From an uncultured delta proteobacterium (lineage in GTDB: Bacteria > Myxococcota > Myxococcia > Myxococcales > Anaeromyxobacteraceae), in NCBI GenBank assembly GCA_963845515.1, contig CAWJSR010000040.1, positions 1-64,000 on the forward strand: DNA of 64,000 nt, read 5' to 3'. Every line of letters starts with the position of its first letter. The first letter of the stretch is position 1. Positions 55,653 to 64,000 of this stretch are shown one piece after another. The position numbers and the translations under genes are program-made. The notes under the pieces are model-generated. The model saw only the letters and a list, made by a program, of their open reading frames with translations. It searched no databases and was not told where the DNA came from.

Positions 55653-56395
55653 CCCACAAGCGCAACCCGCTCGGCGCGCTCGCGCTCGCGACGGTGGTCG
55701 CCGCCGCGGTCCTCCCGCGCCCCGCCGAGGCCAGCAAGGCCGACGCCTTCGAGGGCAAGATCCAGCCGGTCTCCGGCCAGCTCTATCGCAAGGCGGGGCG
55801 TCTCGAGCTGACGCTCGGCGGCGATCTCTCGCTGAACGACGCCTTCTTCCAGAAGCACCTCGCCGACCTGAAGCTCGGCTGGCACTTCAGCGACTCCATG
55901 TCGATCTCGCTGCATGGCGCCATGGGCGCCTCGTCGCCCACGAACTCCACGACCGTCTGCGACGACACGGGCTGCCGCGCGGCCAGCGAGTGGCAGCTCT
56001 ACCAGCTGCCAGGGCGCATCCGCTCCATCGCCGGCGCCGAGTTCGCGTGGGCGCCGATCTACGGGAAGCTCAACACCTTCTCGGAGAAGGTGGCCCACAT
56101 CGACCTCTCGCTCCTCGCCGGGGTCGACTCCATCGCCCACGACGAGGTCCTCTCCGACGTCGACGCGGCCAAGCCCGGTGCCGATCCTGCGCAGGTGCGC
56201 ACCTTCGGCGGGCACCTGGGGGTTGGCGTGCGGGTCTTCCTTTCGCAGGCGTTCGCCGTCAGGTTCGACCTCAAGGACTACGTCTACGGCGTGAAGGTCC
56301 CGAACGGCGTCAAGGCCCTGGACCTTCAGAACCAGATCATGGCGGAGCTTGGTGTGTCGGTCTTCTTCCCCTTCTCTAGTCGGAGGCAGCCGTGA
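55649..56395 (+). CDS. gltA: Gliding outer-membrane beta-barrel (GltA/GltB family; gltA by synteny)
   Basis: Motifs LSLNDAFFQK, WAPIYGK and ELGVSVFFP. Confidence 0.65.
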   Translation: MTHKRNPLGALALATVVAAAVLPRPAEASKADAFEGKIQPVSGQLYRKAGRLELTLGGDLSLNDAFFQKHLADLKLGWHFSDSMSISLHGAMGASSPTNSTTVCDDTGCRAASEWQLYQLPGRIRSIAGAEFAWAPIYGKLNTFSEKVAHIDLSLLAGVDSIAHDEVLSDVDAAKPGADPAQVRTFGGHLGVGVRVFLSQAFAVRFDLKDYVYGVKVPNGVKALDLQNQIMAELGVSVFFPFSSRRQP

Positions 56396-58179
56396 CGATC
56401 GGCCGGACGGAACGCCTCCTGCTCGCTGCGCTCGCCGCCGCGGCGCTTCTCCCGGCGCCGGCGCTCGGCCAGCTGGGGCTCGACTTCAGCGCACCCAAGA
56501 AGAAGGACGAGAAGAAGGAGAACGGCGAGCCGACGGTCCTCGCGCCGCTCGAGCTCGGCAAGAAGGGGAAGCCGGTCGCGAAGGGCGTCGGCAAGGAGCG
56601 GCTCGAGGCCGCGAAGAAGATCATAGATGAAGGGGCCCTGGAGACCGGCGCGCTGGCGCTCTCCGAGATCCTCCGCGACGGGAAGCTGACGGAGGCGCAC
56701 GACGACGCCCGCTACCTCCTCGCGAAGACCCTCGCGCGGCTCGGCCTGCACCACGCGGCCCTCTCCCGCTTCGACGCGATCCTGGCGAAGGGTGCGCAGG
56801 GCACGAAGTACTTCCACACGTCGCTCGAGTACATCTTCACCATCGGGAAGAAGCTCAAGAACGAGCAGCCGGTCGTGACCCGCGTCGCGGCCTACTCCAC
56901 CTCGGGCTTTCCGCCCGCCTACCAGGACCGCTTCCACTTCCTCCTGTCCAAGTACGAGTACGAGCGGGCGCGCGCGCTCGCCGAGGCGGGGCAGGGGAGC
57001 GACGCCCGGACGGCGTTCAACGAGGCCCGGCGGCTCGCGTCGCTGGTGAGGCCGCGCGCCGCGTCCGAGACCACCGCCTCCGGCGCGAAGGAGCTGGGCG
57101 TCGAGGTCGAGGAGGTACGGCCGGGCGACGACTTCGCGCGCGCGCGCTTCGTAGAGGGGCTCGTCCAGTACTCGCTGGGTGACCAGCAGAAGGCGGTCGA
57201 GGCCTTCAAGGACGTGGTCCGGCTCACGAACCCGAAGCGGGCCGAGGACGCGGATCCGCTCCTGCGCGAGTCGGCCTTCCTGCAGCTGGCGCGCATCCAC
57301 TACGAGAACCGGCAGAACCGGTACGCCATCTTCTATTACGGGAAGATGCCGTGGGGCGGCGAGAACTGGCTCGAGGGGCTCTGGGAGGCGAGCTACGCGC
57401 ACTACCGCATCGCCGACTACGAGAAGACGCTCGGGAACCTGCTGACGCTGCAGTCCCCGTACTTCCGCGACGAGTACTTCCCGGAGTCCTGGGTCCTCAA
57501 GGCGATCGTCTACTACGAGAACTGTCGCTACCCCGAGGCGCGCAAGATCCTCCAGGACTTCGACTCGATCTACGCGCCGGTCTTCGGCGAGCTCGAGACC
57601 TTCACGGGCAGCCAGAAGCAGCCCACCGCCTACTTCGACCTGATCGACGAGGCGCAGAAGAGCACCGCGACGGACGCCCGCACCAGCACGCTCCGCAAGA
57701 TCATGCGGCTCGCCTTCACCGACGCCAACATCAAGCGGCTGGTCGAGACCATCGGCGAGATCGAAGACGAGCTGGACGTCGGGCTCGGCGAGCGCCGTCC
57801 CGAGTTCCGGCAGTCGGCCCTCGCCAAGGAGCTCGGCGACGCGCTGACCGCGGAGCGCGAGCAGCTGATCCAGGAGGCCGGTGCCCGCGCCCGTCAGAAG
57901 CTCGAGTACGAGCGCGACCAGCTCCGGACGCTGCTGGCGCAGGCCCTGCGGATCCAGATCGAGGTCTCCCGCAAGGAGCGCGAGGCGCTCGAGGGCTCGC
58001 TCGCGGCCGGCGGCCAGGTCGAGGTCGTGCGCGACCTCCAGTTCTCCTACGCGGTGTCCGACGAGCACCTGTTCTGGCCCTACGAGGGCGAGTTCTGGCG
58101 CGACGAGCTGGGCACCTACGCCTACACGCTGACCAAGGGCTGTGCCGGCCGCGCCACGCGGGCCGACGCGGACCGTTAG
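56392..58179 (+). CDS. gltC: Gliding motility TPR protein GltC
   Basis: Signal peptide, YYENCRY, and C-terminal WPYEGEFWRDELGTYAYTLTKGC. Confidence 0.85.
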   Translation: MTIGRTERLLLAALAAAALLPAPALGQLGLDFSAPKKKDEKKENGEPTVLAPLELGKKGKPVAKGVGKERLEAAKKIIDEGALETGALALSEILRDGKLTEAHDDARYLLAKTLARLGLHHAALSRFDAILAKGAQGTKYFHTSLEYIFTIGKKLKNEQPVVTRVAAYSTSGFPPAYQDRFHFLLSKYEYERARALAEAGQGSDARTAFNEARRLASLVRPRAASETTASGAKELGVEVEEVRPGDDFARARFVEGLVQYSLGDQQKAVEAFKDVVRLTNPKRAEDADPLLRESAFLQLARIHYENRQNRYAIFYYGKMPWGGENWLEGLWEASYAHYRIADYEKTLGNLLTLQSPYFRDEYFPESWVLKAIVYYENCRYPEARKILQDFDSIYAPVFGELETFTGSQKQPTAYFDLIDEAQKSTATDARTSTLRKIMRLAFTDANIKRLVETIGEIEDELDVGLGERRPEFRQSALAKELGDALTAEREQLIQEAGARARQKLEYERDQLRTLLAQALRIQIEVSRKEREALEGSLAAGGQVEVVRDLQFSYAVSDEHLFWPYEGEFWRDELGTYAYTLTKGCAGRATRADADR

Positions 58180-58196
58180 CCATCGGAGAGATCCCG

Positions 58197-61100
58197 TTGA
58201 AGACTACACGTGCCCTCCTCGCCGGCGCATTGGCCGTTGCGATTGCCGCGGGCCCGTCCGGGCGCGCAGCCGATCCCCGGGCTCGCGATGCCGATCTCGG
58301 CGCCAAGCGCTCGGTCGCGCCCGACGCGTCGCTCGGCGGCAGCCTCACCGCTCCAAAGGCGACCCCGAAGGCCGGCGGCCCCGTCCTCGAGTTCGAGACC
58401 TTCCGGAAGAAGGTCGAGGTCGAGGTCTCCGAGAAGCGACGCGAGGAGATCGCGTCGATGCAGAAGCTCATCAAGCTCGGCGGCGACTCGGGCGAGACCC
58501 CCGGCTGGTACTTCCGGCTCGCGGAGCTGCTGTGGGAGGAGTCTCAGTTCTACTTCTTCCAGTCCAACCGCCGCGACGACACGCTGCTGGAGCTCGGCAA
58601 GCGCGGGGATCCGCGCGAGGTGGCGCGGCTCAAGGACGAGAAGGCGGATCTCGAGAAGCAGTCGAAGAAGCTGCAGGACCAGGCGGTGGCGCTCTACCGC
58701 GCCATCGTCGCGCGCTACCCCAAGTACAAGCGCATGGACGAGGTCCTCTTCTTCCTCGGCGAGAACCTGACGAAGCAGGATCGCGACAGCGTCGACGGGC
58801 TCAAGGCCTACCGCGCCCTCATCAAGGGCTACCCGCAGTCGCGCTTCGTGCCGGACGCCTGGATGGCCTTCGGCGAGCACTACTTCGAGAAGGCCAACAA
58901 GGGTGACCGGGTCGGCAACCTCAAGAAGGCGCTGGAGGCCTACAGGAACGCCGCCGCGGACAAGACGAGCAGCATCTACGGCTTCGCGACGTACAAGCAG
59001 GGGTGGGTTCACTACAACCTCGGCGAGTGGCAGGAGGCGCTGGACCTGTTCCGCGCCGTGATCAACTTCGGCGAGGTCGCCACACCGGGCGTCCCCCAGG
59101 ACCGGAAGCTCGCGCTCGTGAAGGAGGCCCGCAAGGACTACGTCCGGACCTACAGCCACGTCGGGACCGCCGAGGCGGCGGTCGACGACTTCCGCCGGAT
59201 CGGCGGCGAGGCCGGCTGGTACGACATGCTCCGGTCGCTCGGCAAGATCTTCGACGAGGACGGCAAGGACCGCGACGCCATCGTCGTCTACGCGCGGCTC
59301 ATCCGCGAGAAGCCGCTGTCGCCGGAGGCCCCGGCCTTCCAGGCGCGCGTCATCATGATCGCCGGGCGGATGGGGAAGAAGGAGGCCGCGGTCCAGCAGG
59401 CCCACGTCTTCGTCAAGATGCTCAAGGAGATCGAGGCGGCGGTCGGCAAGGACGAGAAGGGGCAGGCGCAGCTCGCCTCAGCCAAGAAGGACGCCGAGAA
59501 CACGCTCCGCATCCTCGCCGTCACCTACCACAACGAGTGGAAGAAGACCCGCGACGACCCGGTGGCGGGCTGGGCGGCGTCCGTCTACGACGACTACCTC
59601 GCGATCTTCCCCGAGTCGCCGCACGCCTACGAGATGCGCTTCTTCCACGGCGAGCTGCTGTACGCGCTCGGCGAGTACGAGAGGGCGGGCGCCGAGTACG
59701 AGAAGACGGCGCAGGCGGACGCGGCCGCGGTGGACGGCAAGAAGGTGAAGCCGGGGAAGTACTTCCAGGACGCGCTCGAGAACACCATCTTCGCCTACGA
59801 CGAGGTCGCGAAGCGGTTCGACGCCAAGGAGAAGAAGGAGGCGACCGACCCGAAGAAGCGGACGCCGATCCCGCCCGAGCGCCAGCAGCTCCTGAAGGCC
59901 TGCCAGCGGTACCTCCAGTACCAGCCGCAGGGGCAGAAGTGGGTCGAGACCGCCTACAAGGCGGCGCAGATCTACTACCGGCACAACTACTTCGCCGAGG
60001 CGACCGATCTCTTCACGCGGATCGCCCTCGACCACCCGAAGCACGACCTGGCCGAGTACTCGACCAACCTCGTGCTCGACGCCTACAACCTGCTCGGCGA
60101 CTGGAAGAACCTCAACGGGTGGGCGAAGCGCTTCTACGCCAACCGCGACCTGGTCGAGGCCCACGGCGGCCTCAAGGACGTGCTCGCCAAGCTGATCGAG
60201 GAGAGCTCCTTCAAGGTCATCGAGATCGACGAGAAGTCCGGTGACTACGAGAAGGCCGCCGACGCCTACCTCGCCTTCGCGCGCGAGTGGCCTGCGTCCC
60301 GCCTGGCCCCCACCGCGGTCTACAACGCCTCGGTCGACTGGGTGAGGTCGCACAGGATCGACAAGGCGATGGAGGTGCGCGAGCAGTTCCTGCAGCGCTT
60401 CCCGGCCGACGTGCTGGCGCCCAAGTGCATCTTCGACAACGCGGAGGGGTACGAGACCATCGCCGACTTCGCCAAGGCCGCCGACTACTACGAGCGCTAC
60501 TTCGGCGAGTGGCGGCGCTCCAAGGGCGGCGCCGCGGTGGCCAGGCCGGAGAAGGCGAGGCGTGGGAAGAAGGCGGCAGCGCCGCCGCCGCCCGCGCCCG
60601 CCGGCGTCTACGAGGAGAAGAAGGCCACCGACGCCATCATCAACGCGGCGGTCTTCCGCGCCGGCCTCAAGGAGTGGGCGCGCGCCGAGGCGGCGAGCCT
60701 CGCCTACCTCACCGCGTGGCCGGACGGGGCCGACGCCTCTCGCCTCTTCCTGGGGCTGGCCGACATCTACGCCCGCCAGGGACAGGTGGGGCGCGAGCTG
60801 AAGCAGCTCGAGGACTACCAGCGCAAGTACGCGAAGGATCCCGACGAGTGGCTCGCGATCCAGCACAGGATCGCCCTGCTCCTCCAGAAGGCGGGGAACG
60901 CACGCGACGCGCGGCACGCCTACGAGGTGGCGCGCGACTACTACAAGCCGCGCAAGGACAAGGTGAAGGACCGCGGGCTCGCGCCGGTGGCGCACGCGCT
61001 GTACCTCGACCTCGAGCCGGCCTTCGCCGAGTACGACCGGATCAACTTCGTGGTCGCCCCCAAGCTGCTGAAGCGGCAGCTGGAGGTGAAGGGCGAGAAG

Positions 61101-61704
61101 CTCAAGAAGCTCCAGGAGGCCTACACCGCCATCGTGAACCTGAAGCAGGCTGAGCCGGCGGTGTGCGCGCTCTACCGGATCGGCTTCGCCTACCGCCGCT
61201 TCTCCGAGACGCTGATGGCGGCCCCGATCCCCAAGGAGATCCGCGGCGACGCCGAGCTGGTCGAGGAGTACAAGTCGCAGCTCGGCACGGTGGCCGAGCC
61301 GCTCGAGCAGAAGGCCGTCGAGGGGCTCGAGCTCGCAGTGACCAAGTCGCGTGAGCTGGGTGTCGTGAACGCCTGCGCGCGCGCCGCCACCGACCTGCTC
61401 GTCAAGGTGAAGCCGGAGAAGTACGGTCCGACGCCGGAGGCGTTCCCTGCGCTTACGGCGCCCGAGGCGACCGATGCGATCAAGGGCTACGGCTTCCTCA
61501 CCGCCGTCCAGCCCGTGGCAGCACCCCTCCCTCCGCGCGCGGGCCGCGGAGAGGCGCTCCCCGAGCTCAGGGGCAAGGCTCCCCCCGAACAGGGAGGGAG
61601 AGCGCGACGCCGGGAAGACGCGCCAGGCATCAACCGACAAGTCCGACCCCCAGCCGCTTCCCCGTTCCCGCCGGGGTGGTGACGACGAGGATCTGCTGCC
61701 GTGA
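58197..61704 (+). CDS. gltD: Gliding motility TPR protein GltD/AgmU (probable frameshift near 61581)
   Basis: FRLAELLWEES and many TPRs. The acidic end DDEDLLP* is in another frame and overlaps the gltE start; the in-frame stop is at 61682. Confidence 0.8.
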
Positions 61705-63233
61705 CGACGACCACGATCCAGCGCGCGGCGCCGGCGCTACTGCTCCTCGCCGCCGCCTGCGCCGCCGCGACCCCCGCGACGCGTTCGAGCGAAGCGCCGG
61801 CGCGGCCGGCCGCCCAGAGGGGCTCGCAGAGGTCCTCCGACAGGAGCGGCGATCGCGCCGAGCGGGACCAGACGCGGCGGACGGCCGCTTCGGCCGAGGA
61901 GGCAGCGCCGGCGCCAGACGCGATGCCCCCCAGGGCGCAGCGGCTCTTCAACGAGGCGCTCAAGACGCTCGAGGACCAGAAGGCGCTCAAGGTCCCCATC
62001 GACTGGGCGCTGATGGAGCGGAAGTGGCGGGCCGTCCTGGACGGCGGCGACGTCGCCGAGGCGCACTTCAACCTGGGCGTCGCCCTGGACAACCAGGGGA
62101 ACGTGGGGGGCGCGAAGGCGGAGTACGAACGCGCGTTGGCCCTCAAGCCGACCCTCCGGCAGGCGAAGGTGAACCTGGGCGTGCTGGTCGAGCGGAAGGG
62201 GGACGCCCGCGCCGCGTCGGCCGTCTACGGCGAGGTCCTCCGCGACTACCCGGAGGACTCCAAGGCGCGCGAGCGGCTCGCGGCCCTCTACTCTTCCAGC
62301 GGGCAGGTCGACGAGGCCTGGCGGCTCGCCCGCGAGGCGCTGCTCAGGGATCCCCGCTCGACGGGTGCCTACAAGACGATGATCCGGATCGCGATCCAGC
62401 GGAAGGATCTCGACGTCGCCAAGCTCATCGCGATCCGGGCGCAGAAGCTGGACGACCGTGACGTCGACATCGCGCTCCTCCTCGGCGAGGTGCTGGACCG
62501 CCAGGGAGACGCGGCTGCCGCGGCGGCCCAGTGGAGGAAGACGCTGGAGCTGGCCCCGGGGAACCTGCCAGCGCGCTACGCGCTCCTGGACCAGGCCGTG
62601 ACGAAGGAGGCGTGGCCGCAGGTCGCCGAGCAGGCGTCCGCGATCCTCGCCGAGGAGCCCAAGAACGCCGCCGCGCTCCTCCTGCGAGGCATCGCGCTTC
62701 GCCACACGGACAAGACGGACGAGGCGTTCGCGGCGTACGAGAAGGCGGAGAAGCTCTCGGGCGGGGGGCTCGCGGAGGTCTACCTCGCGCGCGGCGTGCT
62801 CCTGATGCGGGACCGGAGCGAGTGCGCGCCCGCGCTAGAGCAGTTCGCCCGCTACGTGAAGACGGTCGGGCCGATCCTGCCAAAGGGCTCTCCCGTCCCC
62901 GCCCTGCAGCGGGAGTGTGACGAGATGCTGGCCGCCAACAAGGCAGCTGCGGAGGCGGCGCGCCAGATGCAACTCGACGCCGAGAAGGCGGCCGCGGCGG
63001 CGAAGGCGGCCGAGGCCGAGAAGGCCGCCGCTGAGGCGGCGAAGAAGGTGGCCGACGCCGAGAAGGCAGCCGCGGCCGAGGCGGCCAAGAAGGCGGCGGA
63101 GGCCGAGAAGGCCGCCGCCGAGGCGGCGAAGAAGGCCGCCGAGGGCGAGAAGGCCCCGGCTCCGCCGGCGAAGAAGACGCGCGGGGGCGGCGAGAAGGCC
63201 AAGGCTCCTGGCGCTGCGCCGGTGGGGCGATAG
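61701..63233 (+). CDS. gltE: Gliding motility TPR lipoprotein GltE/AglT
   Basis: Lipobox AAAC, AEAHFNLGV TPRs, position after gltD, and an Ala/Lys/Glu-rich tail. Confidence 0.75.
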   Translation: MTTTTIQRAAPALLLLAAACAAATPATRSSEAPARPAAQRGSQRSSDRSGDRAERDQTRRTAASAEEAAPAPDAMPPRAQRLFNEALKTLEDQKALKVPIDWALMERKWRAVLDGGDVAEAHFNLGVALDNQGNVGGAKAEYERALALKPTLRQAKVNLGVLVERKGDARAASAVYGEVLRDYPEDSKARERLAALYSSSGQVDEAWRLAREALLRDPRSTGAYKTMIRIAIQRKDLDVAKLIAIRAQKLDDRDVDIALLLGEVLDRQGDAAAAAAQWRKTLELAPGNLPARYALLDQAVTKEAWPQVAEQASAILAEEPKNAAALLLRGIALRHTDKTDEAFAAYEKAEKLSGGGLAEVYLARGVLLMRDRSECAPALEQFARYVKTVGPILPKGSPVPALQRECDEMLAANKAAAEAARQMQLDAEKAAAAAKAAEAEKAAAEAAKKVADAEKAAAAEAAKKAAEAEKAAAEAAKKAAEGEKAPAPPAKKTRGGGEKAKAPGAAPVGR

Positions 63234-63307
63234 CGTGGGCAGGCTGGTAGCTGCAGCTAGCCCGCATGGGGTGGTAAAGTCGAAGTCCGTCAACCGAGGA
63301 ACCCGCC

Positions 63308-63559
63308 ATGCGTGACCTTGCCATCGTCAGCCTCCTCCTCCTGCTCGCCCCCGCGGCCGCCGCGGCGGCGGAGCCAGCGCCCAAGGTCGAGTACGAGAAG
63401 AAGACGGTCATCAACTTCGAGGACGACACCATCGAGGGCGATCTGAAGCGCCCCGACGGCGAGTACGTCGAGGCCCGCCGCAAGGTCGACCACTCCAACC
63501 TCATCAAGATCCGCGAGGAATGGCGGGACAAGGTGATGCAGGGCTCGGGGGATCTCTAG
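63308..63559 (+). CDS. gltF: Gliding motility protein CglF/GltF
   Basis: KKTVINFEDDTIEGDLKRPDGEY...LIKIREEW. Confidence 0.85.
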   Translation: MRDLAIVSLLLLLAPAAAAAAEPAPKVEYEKKTVINFEDDTIEGDLKRPDGEYVEARRKVDHSNLIKIREEWRDKVMQGSGDL

Positions 63560-63561
63560 AC

Positions 63562-64000
63562 ATGCCCACCCCCATCGTCGTCAGGGTCTTCCGCGGAGAC
63601 GACCTGCTCAGGACCGAGCAGTTCAACCGGGAGATCGTCAAGATCGGTCGCATGGCCTCGGCCCACCTCGTCCTCGACGAGGAGGGGATCGCACGCATCC
63701 ACGCCGTCATCGAGGTGGCCCCCAGCGGCGCGCTGTCGATCATCGACATGGGGAGCGCAGGCGGCACGGTCGTGAACGGCAAGAAGGTGAGCCGCACGAC
63801 GCTCGAGTTCGGCGACGTGGTCACCGTCGGCCCGATGCGGCTCGTCGTGGACGCCGCCGACGAGGCCGCGGTGGCCCCCGCGCTCGCGGAGGCTGCACCA
63901 GCACCAGCGCCCTCAGCCTCCTCCACGCGGGCGACCGTCATCGGAATGCCAGCTGCCCAGGCGCCTGCCCACGCGGCCCAACGTGCCACGGCCGTCGGGA
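63562..64000 (+). CDS. gltG: GltG N-terminal FHA domain, runs off the window end
   Basis: MPTPIVVRVFRGDDLLRTEQFNREIVKIGRMASAHL...ARIHAVIE...DMGSAGGTVVNG. Confidence 0.8.
   Translation, partial: MPTPIVVRVFRGDDLLRTEQFNREIVKIGRMASAHLVLDEEGIARIHAVIEVAPSGALSIIDMGSAGGTVVNGKKVSRTTLEFGDVVTVGPMRLVVDAADEAAVAPALAEAAPAPAPSASSTRATVIGMPAAQAPAHAAQRATAVG

Overview
The window is a chimera of two unrelated sequences. Bases 1 to about 15920 are intron-rich eukaryotic DNA full of (CCCA)n and (CCCT)n/(AGGG)n microsatellites; the style suggests a Nannochloropsis-like stramenopile (inference). This part holds a GH20 beta-hexosaminidase with a CBM9-like tail, a chalcone-isomerase-like gene, decayed ankyrin genes, a SUMO-like gene, and an SDE2 gene with CCCH and SPRY domains and many tandemly duplicated exons. 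Bases from about 15921 to 64000 are very GC-rich Myxococcota (Anaeromyxobacter-like) DNA. In order they hold: a truncated fliG-like gene, a TPR protein, motA and two motB genes; uvrD/pcrA; Rrf2-cysK; rplM-rpsI; pilT, recX, bamD; a selenocysteine-containing selD; an amidase, rph and rdgB; five tRNAs; a small islet with a DUF433/PIN toxin-antitoxin pair; an sspB-like gene; tRNA-Leu-tig-clpP-clpX-lon; nadA; PBP1A; Cys-rich pal and cpoB; an FHA sigma54 activator; and a contiguous gltK-B-A-C-D-E-F-G gliding cluster. The best candidates for undescribed biology are the atypical FliG/TPR/MotA/MotB/MotB motor module, the microsatellite-linked exon duplications, and the self-complementary introns. Several single-base frameshifts are probably sequencing errors. 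All family calls come from motif recognition by eye, not database searches.
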